Positions 13,623 to 29,690 of a stretch of 64,000 bases of DNA are shown here, one piece after another. Position 1 is the first letter of the stretch, and each line of letters starts with the position of its first letter. The notes beneath the pieces are model-generated. The model was not told the DNA's origin, searched no databases, and was given only the letters and a program-made list of their open reading frames with translations. The stretch is from Octopus vulgaris (Eukaryota): positions 19,220,001 through 19,284,000 of the forward strand of contig OX597831.1 in assembly GCA_951406725.2 (NCBI GenBank), written 5' to 3'. Made by a program: the position numbers and the translations under genes.

Positions 13623-14491
13623 TCTTACATATTACGATCCTCTCATATTATTAACGCAGGAATGACTAATGATTTTTCGGGTATGATTGAAGTATTTTAT
13701 TAATATCCATTGTCAAATTGTGAGTCTACTTATATGTGAACAATCTTAATGAAGCTTTCCCGTTTACGCAGTTCTTATGAATTTGTATTAAAGCGGCGTT
13801 CTGTTTATAATGCAGGAAATTATTGCCATGTAAGTAATAAAGCTATATTAATCCTTAATAGCCTCTCATAATAGCAGAAGACACTTATATCAATGTGTTA
13901 CTACAGTACTGGAGATCATCTATTGCAGAGAATACAGGATATATGTTTTATCGTCAACATATTTATTGGAATTCATCCGTGAACCAACTCATTATTAATA
14001 TTTTAGCACAATAATATCCTAATAATGGTAAGAATAATTGTAACGATGCAAACATATATGGCGTATTTAATTAAATAATATATCCTTTTTTGGATCAGTA
14101 AATATCGATGCACACTTCATCCTTCTATGAATAATGGAATGTAGATATCCAGCCTTCGTGGCTTTCTATCCAAAGAATTTTCCAACCCAATATTTACGTG
14201 CTATTACATGTAGCTTTATGTGCCCTACAGTTCCTAAAGAGAATTATTTCATGTTCCCGCGTACAATTATAAATTACGATGAATAACAGACCATATTAGG
14301 AACCTATAAGATGATGGTTGTTTGTAGAGCTGGATGTTAATTTATTATTGAATGGTAATTTTACTTCCATTATTCGGCCAAATGTATCACAGCTATCATA
14401 AAAATACTGTAGTAGTATCATATTAAAATGTGAGATATCATTCACATTGAATCACTAATGCAGTTGTAAATAATGTAAAGGAGTTACGTAC

Positions 14492-14530
14492 CCTATATTC
14501 ATTTCTAGAGTTTTTATAACGACGGCTATG
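14492..14530 (-). CDS. Gene A exon 4, 39-nt microexon (HSRRYKNSRNEYR)
   Basis: Acceptor tttttgttttcag, donor gtacgt, phase 0-0. Equivalent to the 36-nt exon 4 of genes B and C. Confidence 0.65.
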
Positions 14531-14849
14531 CTGAAAACAAAAACATAAACCTACATATGTATTTTGAATTTTAAATCCGAAAGAAAATTCAATGTATCAT
14601 AGAACGGAAAATAATTGTACAAAAAAAAAAAGAACATTAAAAATCCAATCCCAGTACGTCTTGTTCAACATAACAAATATAAGGAATAGACTGTATAAGC
14701 AAAATTAACAAAAAATATTTTGTGTCTCTGATAGTGAACATTGCGTTTCGTCATATTGTGCTGAGATTGCTCAAAATAAGTATTTGACTGCGACCTTTTA
14801 CATAGAATGTAAGAGAATCACATATATGTATATAAAAGCGGAACTGTGC

Positions 14850-15700
14850 TGAACGTATTACCACCCACAGAAGTCTACAACAAAGCCGTACCTAATGCAC
14901 AAAATCGCTTTATCAACAAGTAGTTTCAATTAGAAGCGGACCTAAAGCGGAATACACGTAACACGATAGGAAAGGCTAATACATTCAATATGAATTTAAC
15001 AAACACAAATGCATAGTTTCGTGTCTTTCAGTTTAAATTGCCTTAAGTAGTTACTGTATGAAAATCACTGATTGGACGGAATGGAACAAGTAAGATTCCA
15101 AATGCGTAAGTCTCACTTAGACCAGAGGAGTTTAACTGATTTAAGACAGAGGATTATTTCACCATGGAGAGTATACGAATGAGAGGGACTGGGGCGTACA
15201 TCGAACCATCAAGTACTGCAGGTTGATTTACCTTCCATCATCATTCTATATAAGTCTCGTTAGAATCAGGAGTTCTAATATTGACAAAAGTAGTCATTTA
15301 CGTTATAAAACGATAATTCAGCTCAACGAAATGTCAATGGGATAAGGATATAAACGTGAAACATCAAGTGATAAGAACATTATATTATATGTAATATACG
15401 CGATATCAGTCAATAATAGTGACTGATGTCACATAAAGGGATCTTCTTTTCCTGTTGTCGCTGAAGAGAACAAAGGAGTGCGAAATGCCCCCATATACAG
15501 GCCGCACTGGGGTGACTATGGTGTTGTGCCATCTTCTTCGTCGTACGCTATATTTTTTTCTTCATGATTCTGTGTATTGAAAATACGTTTACTGGTTCAA
15601 ATATCCGTCATATATATTTGGAATAGTAAAAATACTGTTTACTTTCAATCAGTGCAATGCGTGTGTAGCCGTGAGATATTCCCTCCCTGGTGACCAATAT
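14850..15700 (-). mobile_element. Heavily decayed LINE RT remnant
   Basis: Minus-strand pieces such as SYTLHGEIILCLKSVKLL resemble a LINE RT C-terminal region; many stops. Confidence 0.3.
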
Positions 15701-16014
15701 GCACTGTCCGTACGTTATATTGACCAATTTCTTATAATCGGGTGTGATTCACCTTTAATGGCACATAGAACTGAAGAGAACTAAGAGTTTGAAACACACC
15801 CATTAGTCCAATAGAAAGCGCTGGTGTCTGTTTATAGTATTTAACAGTTTGTCGTAAGCGATTATTAATTTTTCCTCATTCACTTTAGCAAAAACATTTT
15901 AGGGTTTAAATACCATTGAATCTATTTTAACGATTGTTAAATTTATTTCTACCGCTTAGAATTCTGCTGCATGACCAAATTTTTATTGTAAGTGAAGTAA
16001 TAAGGATTTCTTAC

Positions 16015-16099
16015 CCCACACCTTTTCCGGTAGAGTTTATCGAAGAATTCGGAACAAACGGTTATTGCTTCAATACACGGGTCATGCGTTCTTAAACGT
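16015..16099 (-). CDS. Gene A exon 3, 85 nt (RLRTHDPCIEAITVCSEFFDKLYRKRCG)
   Basis: Acceptor ttgtag, donor gtaag, phase 2-0. Same length and Cys spacing as exon 3 of genes B and C. Confidence 0.8.
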
Positions 16100-16479
16100 C
16101 TACAATTTGAATTGATCAGGAAGTATAATCACAATAAAATTCAAATCCTTCCGTCAATATATATTCTTATTTTCTGAGGTCAAATTCTTTCTAGCTCAAT
16201 TTTGATTTACTCGATTTATGGGCTTATAAATTAAGTACAACTCATCTTGTAAAGCAGCGTATTCAATTTATTACATATTTCAGCCAAAATGCAGTGCATA
16301 GGCCTTAGATGTTGGTCCTATATTTACAAATTGAGAAAAAAATACGTTGTGCACAACAGATCGTAGCATTCAACATTACTTCATTGCTTGCTACACTCAC
16401 ATGTTTTCACACTTATTAGACTGATAACTGCAAGTCACATGCAGAGTGATAGGTCTATAATTGACAATACATCTACCCA

Positions 16480-16872
16480 TATAGGCGTAGGATTGGCTCG
16501 TGGTTCCGGTTTCAGTCCCACTGCGTGGCACCTTTCGCAAGAGTCTTCTACTGTGGCCCCGGCCGACCAAATCCTCACGAGTCGATTTGGTAGATGGAAA
16601 CTGAAAGAAGCCCGTCGTGTATATATCTATATAAAAATATATATATAGATATATATGTGTATATGTTTGTGTGTCTGTGTTTATCTCCCCAACATCGCTT
16701 GACAAGCGATGCTGGTGTGTTTACGTCCCCGTAACTTAGCGGTACGGTATAAGAGACCGATAGATTAAGTACTAGGCCTACAAAGAATAAGTCCTGAGGT
16801 CGATTTGCTCGACTAAAGGCGGTGCTCCTGCATGGCGAGTCACATGACTGAAACAAGTAAAAGAATAAAAAA
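16480..16872 (+). mobile_element. SINE family 1 (tRNA-derived head, internal microsatellite)
   Basis: Near-full copy matching 22788-23205. Confidence 0.85.
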
Positions 16873-17309
16873 GTAATATGTACCTTTGTAATTTATTAGG
16901 CCTGTAATACTAATAATCCCTTGTTAGAATAATTTATATGCTTTAAAATAAAAATTTAAGCAAGTACAGAGCGTAGTGTTTATTACTAAATGACAAGGAA
17001 ATTAGAATTACAAATGAAATTAATTATCTTAAAGCTACCTCTGCGATAATGAGCAGTCTATAGAGAACTGAGAGCCTATGCGGCATATTCTAGCTTCCTG
17101 AAGGTCATCGAAATGAAGTACATATTTATTTCGTAGAGTATATAGATGCTTAGAACTAAATAAATTACGATAGGAAATTCGTTAGAAGTAATAAGAAAGT
17201 ATTTAAATATTGACAATAATATACATGGGGAAAATGTATGCAAAGAACATTGTTAGTAAAGTGCGTAAAAACGGTAAAATCATAGATGAAAATATATAAA
17301 AAGATATAC

Positions 17310-17409
17310 CTGCAGAAATCATAATTCGATTGTATTTGTCGAAAAGATATGTTGCTCTCAGGACAAAGCACATCTGCCAAATAGGTGCAGTCACGTGACA
17401 CTGCCACAC
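17310..17409 (-). CDS. Gene A exon 2, 100 nt (GVAVSRDCTYLADVLCPESNISFRQIQSNYDFCR)
   Basis: Acceptor tatcttcag, donor gtatat, phase 1-2. Same length and DC..CPE..FC pattern as gene B exon 2. Confidence 0.82.
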
Positions 17410-17489
17410 CTGAAGATAGTAAATATTTTTGTAAACCATTGTAAGCATTTTTGTTTTTAGATGGAAGTGACAAATGATAGAAATTATAA

Positions 17490-17905
17490 AATATGGCTGT
17501 GTGTTAAGAAGTCTGCTTCCCAACCACTCGGTTTAGCTTCAGTCCCACTGCATGTTAGCTTGGGTAACCGTCTTCGACCCTACCCTCGGGTTACCAAAAT
17601 CTTGTAAGTGGTTTTGGTTAACGGAAAGCGAAAGAAACTCATAGTACATGTGTGTGTGTGTGTGTGTGTGTGTGCCTGCGCCTGGGCGCCTTCCTGCCGG
17701 TGTTTCTCCCCCATCATCTTTTAACAACCGGTGTTGGTGTACTTACTTGTCAGTAACTCAGCGGTTCAGCAAATAAGATCGATAAAAGAAGTACCAAGCT
17801 TGAATATAAGAAGTAACTGGGGTCGATTTGTTCGACTAACATTAACAGCGGTGCCCCAGTCTGGTCACATTCTAATGGATGAAGAATGTGAAAGATAAAA
17901 GGAAA
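17490..17905 (+). mobile_element. Older SINE family 1 copy
   Basis: Diverged match to the family 1 head, (TG)n core and tail. Confidence 0.7.
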
Positions 17906-17925
17906 AATATTTTAGCCTCTAAGTA

Positions 17926-19362
17926 TTTGGTCATCCCATAAATAATACGGTTCCTTCAATTGCATAAACTAAAAGTCGGAGGTGGAACGGGATAAACTAC
18001 CTGCGTCAACTTGCTATAAAAGCAGGAAGTAATTTTACCTTGTACTTATTCTTAGTGTAAGTTTTGAAGAGTGCAGTTCAATTTTAACAGGTATTTTTTC
18101 AAACCTCTAATGGAAGTGACAAATTAGTATATTCAGTATATTTTGCTTTATGAGTTCAATAATGGCAACAACGCAACGGAAAGTGCGAGGAATATTAATG
18201 CCGTATATGGGGATCGGACAATAAGCATAAGCATGTGTCAACGGTGGATCAAGAAATTCCGAGCCCAAAACTACAGCCTACCAAATGACTCTCAACCTAG
18301 AAGATCTGTAGAGCTCGACGAAGACATCCTGAAAAACCTGGTGTAACAAAATTCCATTGAAGAACTAGCATAGAAGCTTGGATTTGGTCATTCAAATATT
18401 CATCGACACCTACGTGCCATCGAAAAAGTTACAAACTGTCCGCGTCACGAATGAACAGTTTTTTTAATCGAATAGTACCTGTTGACGAAAAATGGGTTCT
18501 CTGTAAAATGTTGAGCTGGAGACAGGGTCGGGAAAGGAGAAACACCGGCAACCCAGGCTGAAGAAGGTCTTCACCCACGTAAGGTGTTGTTATCTGTTTG
18601 ATACAATATGACATTTTTAGTCCACTTTGAACTTATGATAAGAAAGGAGATCTACTCCGAGCAGCTTGAGAGGTCTAAGTCAGCGCTATAAGGAAAATTA
18701 CCGTCTTTCAAGACGAAAATTGATCTTTCAACAGGATAATGCTCGGCCACATTCAGCTAGGATGACATTCCAAAGGCTGGTGCAGTTTGAATGGGAAACG
18801 ATACCCCACCCACCGTATTCGCCGAACGTTGGTCTATCTGATTATCATTTATTCCGCAATCTTCAAAATGAATTGGACTGAAAAATATGAATTCTGTAGA
18901 CGAAGTCAGTAGAGTAAAGGAGGATTATTTTCCGTCACGGACAAATGAATTTTGGAAGAGGGTCCCTTGCAATTGTGCCAGATATGTGGAAGAGCATTGT
19001 AGAATATTGAAAGAGAATATATTTTAGTTCGTTTTTGGATTTGGCTTGCAAGATTCTTTATGAGTTCGTGTGTTGAAGCATATTTTTTGTGTTTGGGGAG
19101 AGTCATTTTCTTTTTGTGCCTTAATATGTAACTCACTCACCGGTAAAATTTGTTGCAAGACGCAACGAAAATTTTAGGAAAATAAAAATAAGAAAAAAGT
19201 GGAAATTTTACCGGTGAGTGTGTTACATTATAAGGCACAAAAAGAAAATGACTCTCCCCAGACACAACAGTATATATTTTAGTTTGCAAAAAGAATTTGT
19301 TTCTCTTAATCTTGAAAAATACAAGCAGTATGGAGAAATAGATCATTAACGGGATGACCCGA
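17926..19362 (+). mobile_element. Decayed mariner (DD34D) transposon
   Basis: Fragments LYEFNNGNNATESARNINAVYG, DEKWVL, FQQDNARPH and HPPYSP..LSDYHLF. Imperfect TIRs tttggtcatcccata / acgggatgacccga flanked by TA. Confidence 0.85.
19085..19270. repeat. Fold-back insert with ~65-bp inverted arms inside the mariner 3' end
   Basis: tgtgtttggggagagtcattttctttttgtgcctt...ccggtaaaattt and its reverse complement at 19203-19266. Confidence 0.85.
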
Positions 19363-21249
19363 TATATTATGGAGAAGTTATTATGTGACAAAGTCAGAAA
19401 TAAAAGTTTACTTGATTTTCTTTGTTGTATACAAATTACATACAACATAGAGACATTTTATTGGCTGGATGTGCATTGTTAATGTAAAAAAAAGATGGAG
19501 TCAAATAAACCAGATTGTGTTGCAAAATCAATTGATTCGCTACGTTGATAGCGATCTTGAAAGTAGTATTTGTAATTTTATGGGATTACTCAATGCAAAG
19601 ACAGCAGCTTCTAAATTTCAAAGACGATATTTGTGAAAAAAAAGTGCTTGTTCCTTTAATTTAAGTAATTTCCAGTTTGGTATTCGGAAATAATTAGCAT
19701 GACTGCATTTCGCCTTAATCTTTGAAATATTTTGTTAGGTAAGCAGTAAACTTTATCTTCACGTCCCACACTTCCGGTTTGTTGTTTTGAACTTAAGTTT
19801 TAGGTGAACACCGTTTTGAAGTGTAATGAATTCATTCTCCAAATTCTCATATTCCGCATCTGAAATTAGATTACGTATTCTTTTATTGAACTGTGTGATA
19901 TTTCTCTATGGCGATATCTGTCACATCCTTCTTTATACATCTCGCTCAGCGTGCACAATATGTCTGTAGTTCATACTTTGATATACATATATCATAGAAT
20001 ATAGATATCTATGAGAACTGGAGATGCTAGATTCAAGATATGTTATGCTTTATAACTGCATTTCATCTTAGAAACCTGAAGTGTTGTGATCTGACATGGA
20101 TCAGGTTAATCTGATATTATTGCATTTCCAGAATAACCGTTTTCAATATTCTGAATACCAAGAACAATGTCAGAGCAACAAAATAAAATATCGCCGTTGA
20201 TATTCTTTGGTTCCACAGACAGAAAATCAGGTCTTAAAAGAATGCATCAAGTAGTGCAACGTTAACAGACATCCGCACAATTTCAGTGTGCAAAAATGCA
20301 ACAACAAAGGAACAAAATCTCCATCATCCTTAGAGGATAGCAAAAGCAACACCCGGGTGTTGTGTGTACGTACCTTATTTTGCATCGATAGTTGTACTTA
20401 AAGTCCTAAATTATCTGAGATATCGACGGTGTTATTGAATCTACGTGTTAACTGGCGATTACTCTATATACGCTACAAGGTGTGTCACTTTCTGATGAAA
20501 AAGACAAAGCTGATGACATGCCGTCGATGGCATTCTATGTTATAAATGTAGAAGTGCGTGTAAATGAATGCTTTTCAGAACAGCGCTGCTTTAATCCCCA
20601 TTATTGTATCTGCTTCTTGCTGTCATGTACATTAGAAACCGTGTCAAACACAATCAAACATGAATGGATCTAGTCTTTAATATAAAGGATATTTGAGAAT
20701 GCTTTTTTTCTTTTTTTTATTGATGAAGATAAAGTAAGCTCGTAGCGTTATAAATATTATCGGGCATCCGAACTGTATAACAATAGACATATATATTGAG
20801 CCAGATGTTCCACTGTTCTCAAGAAATAATATTTATTTGCTACAAAAGAGGGACACAGTCGTGTATATTAGCGTATTGTTGTCAGAAACATGGTTGAAAT
20901 GTCATATAATAATTTAAATGACAAGCTAATGACTTCTAAGTAGATATAAAAGATGTTTCAAAGCCTTTTATAAAACAAATTGCCTCCTGTCCTTTAGGTA
21001 TGGATTTTCTACTTACTTTAAGTTGTACAATAGCGAGAAACAATTGACGGTAGGAGGATCTTCTGCATATCAATTATCTCCCTTTCCCCAGGTCAGCAAC
21101 GAAAACTCTCCTGAATACCTCCACCAGTGAACACGCCCCAGGTTAGATACTTTCGCCCATCGCACGTTAACGCTCACCCAGTAGGATATCGAGAATTTAC
21201 CTGTTCACACAGGAGGATGCTTTTGTTTAAAACTAACTTCCTTGACGAG

Positions 21250-21900
21250 AAATACTTCCGCAGAAACACCAACATCAAGTTGTAGAAGAACAATTATGGA
21301 AACTATTCCCCGCTAATAAAATAGAACTAGAAGTAAAAATGATCCTACAAAAATATACCTTAAATAATAGTACCTCACAAACACTTCTCTATATTAATAA
21401 TAATTTTAGGTCTCCCGCAAATCTATCCTGAATGCTGTCCACGTCATTTCTTATAGCTCAAGCAACAAGACGTTACGCGGTAGAAGTGTGCACTATGACA
21501 CAAACAGCAGTGTGCTGGCAGAGCCTCAAGGAACGGAAGAGAATAACTTGCTTTGTTCAGAATGTATGCTTTTCGACGGTTATCCTCGGTGTTACTATCT
21601 AAACAAAACAATGAGAAAGGAATCACTTCAGAGAACAAAACAAAATGTATATAAAGGTATAATAGGTACTGGTTACAGAGATCACCTCTAAGCACACATA
21701 TTCTGTCTTGCCAGTGCCACTAGGAACACTGCCGTTATTTTAACCTGTAATAAAAGACTCACCGCTGATTATGTCATAAGCTAGATTAGGCAAAATTCCG
21801 ACAACGTATCATTCGCTAAGAAGCACCAATGCGAATGTCTCGCAATTAAATAGACACTTTGTTACTTCAACTGGGGCGACTATAGTGAATCGTCAACTTC
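21250..21900 (+). mobile_element. Ancient Penelope-like RT/GIY-YIG remnant
   Basis: Degenerate pieces TNTSLYINNNF, LFDGYPR..LNKT and QCEC...LQLGR resemble PLE thumb and GIY-YIG motifs; many stops. Confidence 0.35.
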
Positions 21901-22787
21901 TCACATCCATATTACCCACTGGCATGGGTTGGACGTTTTGACATGTAAGATTTGAAGGACCAAGAACTGCATTTTGTTCCAGTATCTGCATTTAGGATTT
22001 CTATGAGCGTATGAAGTCATAATATCAATCACTTTATAGCGTGTACTGAGTGCTTTTTGCGTGCCACCGTCGCAAGCGAGGTCACTATAGAGCCTTTTCT
22101 GGCCCAAAAGCTGAGGGAAGGAGCTAGCAGATGAGCGTGAAGATACGCGATAAGTAGTAGGGTAGAGCACGTTCGTGTTGTAGGGGAGCTACATGACAAT
22201 TCACTTCTAAGAGTGCAATTATATGGCAGAGAGATATGACACTGACAATAATTATCAAACGGGCTAAATGGATACTACACAAAGAAGCTACGAATGACCT
22301 TAAATCTGACATTGAAACGTGCCGAAAATTAGCGAGAGCATCAAGCAAATTCGGCTGCGGTCATGTGATCGCTTCATGCGCCACCCTGATATGAAAGCAT
22401 CCAAATAAGACTTTGTGGAACACAGTTCATGATGATGCAAGAAGAGGTAAACATCGTCCCATTTACATCGACAAATCGATTGCAAATACCGGACCGGAAT
22501 GTATTCAGGACATCGAAGCGGGAGTGATGATGGACCTAGTAGCGTGGGGGATATTGTTTGTTTCGGCCCGGAGTGTGACCCGGCCATAATAATAAGTGTC
22601 TACCGCTCCCAGTTTGTTGAACAGATAGATATTCTAAGGATTTCATACATACACGAATTCATACGTGCTCCCGTACGATTGCTTCGAAAACACGAGATTC
22701 CATACCCAGATTAGAAATTCACATTTATACAAGAAATGAGAGGTGCACTGGTTTCTGTTACTAAGATTCCTAATGCGTGGAATTCTA

Positions 22788-22952
22788 TAGGGGTAGGAGT
22801 GACTGTGTGGTAATTAGCTTGCTTACCAACCACATCGTTCCGGGTCCAGTCCCACTGCGTGGCATCTTGAGCAAGTTTCTTCTGCTATAGGCTCGGGCCG
22901 ACCAAAGCCTTGTGAGTGAATTTGGTAGACGGAAACTGAAAGAAGCCCGTCG

Positions 22953-23006
<54 letters not shown>

Positions 23007-23205
23007 TGTGGGTGTGTGTGTGTGTGTGCGTGTATATGCTTTTGTGTCTGTATTTGTCCCCCCAACATCCCTTGACAACCGATGCTGCTGTGTTTACGTC
23101 CCCGTAACTTAGCGGTTTGGCAAAAGAGACCGATAGAATAAGTACTAGGCTTACAACAAATAAGTCCTGGGGTCGATTTGCTTGACTAAAGGCGGTGCTC
23201 CAGCA
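22788..23205 (+). mobile_element. SINE family 1
   Basis: Head ggagtgactgtgtggtaattagcttgcttaccaaccac...ttccgggtccagtccc, internal (TA)/(TG)n, tail ctaaaggcggtgctccagcat. Confidence 0.9.
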
Positions 23206-23378
23206 TACAATTTTCAGAAAAGGGAATCAACGGGCTACCTATCAATATATTTGCATAAGCTTGTGTGTATGTGTGTGAGTGTATGTGTATCTGCACGTAT
23301 CTCTGTGTTTGTATGTGTATACGTGCGTGAATGAAAGGCCATTTCATTTGGAAATATGATGATTAAATAGCTACTCAC

Positions 23379-23418
23379 CGACGACGAAAAATAAGATAAA
23401 GATACAAGATTTCGTCAT
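23379..23418 (-). CDS. Gene A exon 1, 40 nt, signal peptide (MTKSCIFILFFVV-G)
   Basis: ATG at 23418, donor gtgagt, phase 1. Homologous to 43140-43179. Confidence 0.8.
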
Positions 23419-23479
23419 ACTTATTTGTGTTAAATAGAAGGTTACGTGGAGAAATATATATCGTGGCATTTTCTAAACT

Positions 23480-23486
23480 CTTTATA
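23480..23486 (-). promoter_or_regulatory. TATA box of gene A
   Basis: TATAAAG ~60 bp upstream of the ATG, conserved with gene B inside a ~300-bp homologous upstream block. Confidence 0.6.
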
Positions 23487-24503
23487 AGCGCTGCTAACAG
23501 ATGTTATTTTGACTCACTAAAACAGATATAAATATGATGTATGTGATGTTATTACACATAAGTCTTTTCGTTGTCCAAAAGCCAAAGAATATATTAGACC
23601 TTTATACAGATGTTTTAGATGTCAAACATTTAAATGATTTTGAAATACTAATTCGGTGAGAATTATAATATATTCATTGACTTTTATTTCCATCGTGCAG
23701 CCATTGTTTTCATTTCATATATACATATGTGTGGTGTGTGTATACCTGTGTGTGTCTCTGTGTCTGTGTGAGAGTGTGTCTGCGTGTGTCTGTGCAATAT
23801 ATATATATATATATATTTATATATGCACTCGAAAGCATGTGTGTGTCTGTGCGTATAAGGGTGCTGAAAAGTTACTAATTTTAAGTTATAGAGAACACAG
23901 GTGGATCAATTCATTATTGCCTAATTCATTAGATTCTATTAGATTCATTTACTTATTGCAGCTATCCTTCGGGTTTTTGTTCCTAAGCCTTCTAAAGCAA
24001 CTCGTAATGTGGGGCTTCTACGCAGGCTTTTCGTGGCACCTGTAATGTCAGGAACTCCACAGCACATTCTGTATATGTAAGCGTGCATGTGTGTAATAGT
24101 TTGCTTTGACAATGTAATGTCAGAGGTTCAAAATTTGTTCCAGCTTTTGAAAATTCAGTCACTGGATGTGGCGCTTAATTTTTTAACGGAATATTAAAAA
24201 GGTTCACAAAGAAATGTAAGTGGTGTTTAAGCTGGCTAGTTTTTTGTGTTTATTTGTTTTTATTTGGGAGGTGTGGTTATTACTCAAGCATGTCTTCTTG
24301 CTGTTAGTATAGAACTGTGTTTATACCGTTCTTTGATGTTCACAGAATAATGTAGGTCGGTGTAAATCTTTTTTGTCTGTGTTCCTTGGTCTATACGCAA
24401 ATTGGATTGTATGTAGACATTTTAACCATTGTATTTTATGGAGTCAGAATTTGCGGGGTATGATTTATAAAAACGTCTTCAATTCTGCCTATTTTATAAT
24501 ACA

Positions 24504-25945
24504 CTAGCAGTATCGCCCAGCGTTGCTTGGGTTTGTTTCGACCCGCTGGAATTGTAATTTTGAAAAGTAAAAATTTTGTGAACATTTTTCTGGTCGAAAT
24601 ACACCGAAAAGTGGCGACACAGCAGTGGAAACATCGTAAAAAATAGGGATTTTCATAGAAAAAAGCATCTTTTTGATGTAAATAATTTTTGGTGTTAATA
24701 TGGTCCGATTTGAATTTTATGTTCTACGGAAGGAAGAGCAACCCTTCTACCATACTCTCAATTTTGGTCAACTTGCGCCGCAGGGTCTCGGAGGAGATAG
24801 TGTTAGTTGAAGGTTACCATTGTAGGTGCCTGAGTAACAACCTCGCGGATTTACAGATAAATGAATTAATTACTATTTTACAGAATAAAATTAAATAATT
24901 CTTGAAAATTAATTAATATTAATATTTTTTGAAGAAAGTAAATAATTTTTAAAACTTAAATAATATTTTTTTTTACACAAACGCGAACGGGGAAAAGGGG
25001 TGGCGAATTCGATTTACATACCTAAATTTTTTCTTTTTCATGACATTGTAGCAAAATAGTAGTGAATTATATAAATACCAGCAGTACATTTTTTTTCTGG
25101 GGTATTTTTTTTCAACCTCGTCACATATTTTCCCCTTTCAATTTAAACAAAGTCTTAATTAAGCAATTACGGCAGCTTAGCAATGGTTTCAATACAGGCG
25201 TGACATCTGTATCTCAATTGTTCAAAACCCTTCGAATTTTTTCGCACGTGATGATATCATAGTGAAAACTTCAGTTATTTCTGTCTTTCACTCTGTCTGT
25301 CTCTTTACACACACTAACAAAAGCACTTCACTTACACACCACACTTTCTGTGTCGCACAACCCATCAAACACACACACACACACACACACACACTCACGC
25401 ACGCACACATGTACATCAATGCTTTCGGAGTGAAATGTTAAAATATTGAGTTTTCTCGAATTTTGTCTTAATTGGGGGTGAAATTGAAAGAAATATATTA
25501 TGGCATGAGCGAATGGAGTACTTTGAAAAATCTTAGGTAAATTCTAATTGAAGAAATTGTGTGAGGAGTAAATCGTTATGTATTTATTTGTTTCTGTTTG
25601 CTGTGTTTTTTTATTTTTTGAGTAGTGGTTTAAATACTTTCAGTTTAGTCTTCCTCAAATCACTCTGTCGCTATTTACTTTCATTTTATTCGTTGCACAC
25701 TGTGTGTGTGCGTTTGCGTGTGGTGTAAACCAGACTAAGAAAAGCATTTGACACACACACCAGAATGTGAGTTTTCTGTAAATTTTGCTTAATTGGAGTT
25801 TAAATTTTAAAAACTGAACCTGGCATGACCCGATGCATTCTACTCTTAAAAATGCTAGGTAAATTGTAATTGAAGAAATCCTATATTGTAGATTTCTATA
25901 ACTCCCAAAGGGAGGCAGATAAAATCTGCCTTTTATAATAAGAGA
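24504..25945 (-). mobile_element. Non-autonomous Helitron
   Basis: Minus-strand 5' TC(TCTTATTATAAAAG), 3' hairpin cccaagcaacgctggg plus CTAG, A|T target. Shares internal sequence with 40140-40588. Confidence 0.75.
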
Positions 25946-26448
25946 TTATTTTAGGCCTCTGGCTAAATAATAATCAAACACAAACTAAAATTGTCATTCA
26001 CCCTATCGAAAACTCTAAAAACTACAGCAGCAATTTGCAACCACCAAAGATTGTCTAAAAGTGAAGAGAAAGACCTAGACCACAAACAATAAGTACAATT
26101 ACCGAACACTTTCACCTTGTCTTCTAGAAGGATATTTCTCTCTCTCAAGATATGTCGTATATAGCGCAACGGGAGCCATATAGGATTTCAACATATACTA
26201 CATCACTACACTTGGATCTTAAACTAGCTACAAATATATTAACTCAGTTCGCTTTGAAAGGCGCTTGCTGAAAGACCCCAAATGAAGTTGCACAGAAGAT
26301 TATTCTGGGTTGAATAGGCAAATACACACAATGTGCAGTAGAAACACTTGTTGGTCAGTGCAGCCACATGCTTGTGCTGTATGACCATAGGTATAATCAG
26401 AAGAAAATTTTGATATACATGTCTCTGTATTCTAATGTACTGTTACTG

Positions 26449-26482
<34 letters not shown>

Positions 26483-26611
26483 ACATATATATATATATAT
26501 ATGCATGTATGTATATATATACATATACATATATATATATATATATATATGTATGTATATATCCACACGTATATATGTATGTATATGTATATGTATATAT
26601 ATATATAAATA

Positions 26612-26668
<57 letters not shown>

Positions 26669-26840
26669 TAAATAGGAAATCTCGACAGACAGTAGGTGGA
26701 GTTGTGCCTAATAAGAGAGAATATGTGTGCGCTATAACACGCTACGTCACGGAGACAAAGACAAGAGAAGGACAGATGAAAAGAGAAGAGGTCGAGGGGT
26801 GGATGGAGATAGAGAAACTAGAGGGGAAGGTGGAGGAATG

Positions 26841-26871
<31 letters not shown>

Positions 26872-26940
26872 ATTATAAATCACTGGATGGGGTACTTTTT
26901 CTTTCCTTACAAATTCCTCTATTATTGCAGCTGGACAATA

Positions 26941-28835
<1,895 letters not shown>

Positions 28836-28953
28836 TAGATGTAACATTGCCATCAATAGTCGAACTGAACTTTGTAATGAACGAAACTTCTGATTTAATT
28901 GCTAATTACCAAAAAAAAGCACATACTCCTACATATAAGAACATCTTGTTTAT

Positions 28954-29013
28954 TTATATATGCATTGGTAACATGGCGGTGACTGCAGTAAACAATACTG
29001 TTTTAAACTTCAT
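28954..29013 (-). CDS. Gene B exon 5 (MKFKTVLFTAVTAMLPMHI*), GPI-signal-like tail
   Basis: Acceptor tttgtcttttatttgcag, phase 0; stop TAA overlapped by AATAAA. Confidence 0.68.
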   Translation of the reverse strand: MKFKTVLFTAVTAMLPMHI

Positions 29014-29206
29014 CTGCAAATAAAAGACAAACACATTTATTCAACTAATGACGCTGATGAAAAATGTAAATTCGATAAGGTACAAGTTCAGTAGTTTGCA
29101 ATATTGTAGAGTCATTTCATACTGGTTTTCTTAGTTCAAGGTCGAGTAGCGCGAATATCACATTTTTAATTGATATAAAAGTACAGTTCAATAAAACTTT
29201 TATTCG

Positions 29207-29600
<394 letters not shown>

Positions 29601-29690
29601 ATTACGCAGATATATGATTGAAGCACGTGAGTGATTCCAACGGTTACCATACGTGAATGACTGTATGTATGCGTGTATTTGCGTGTATAT

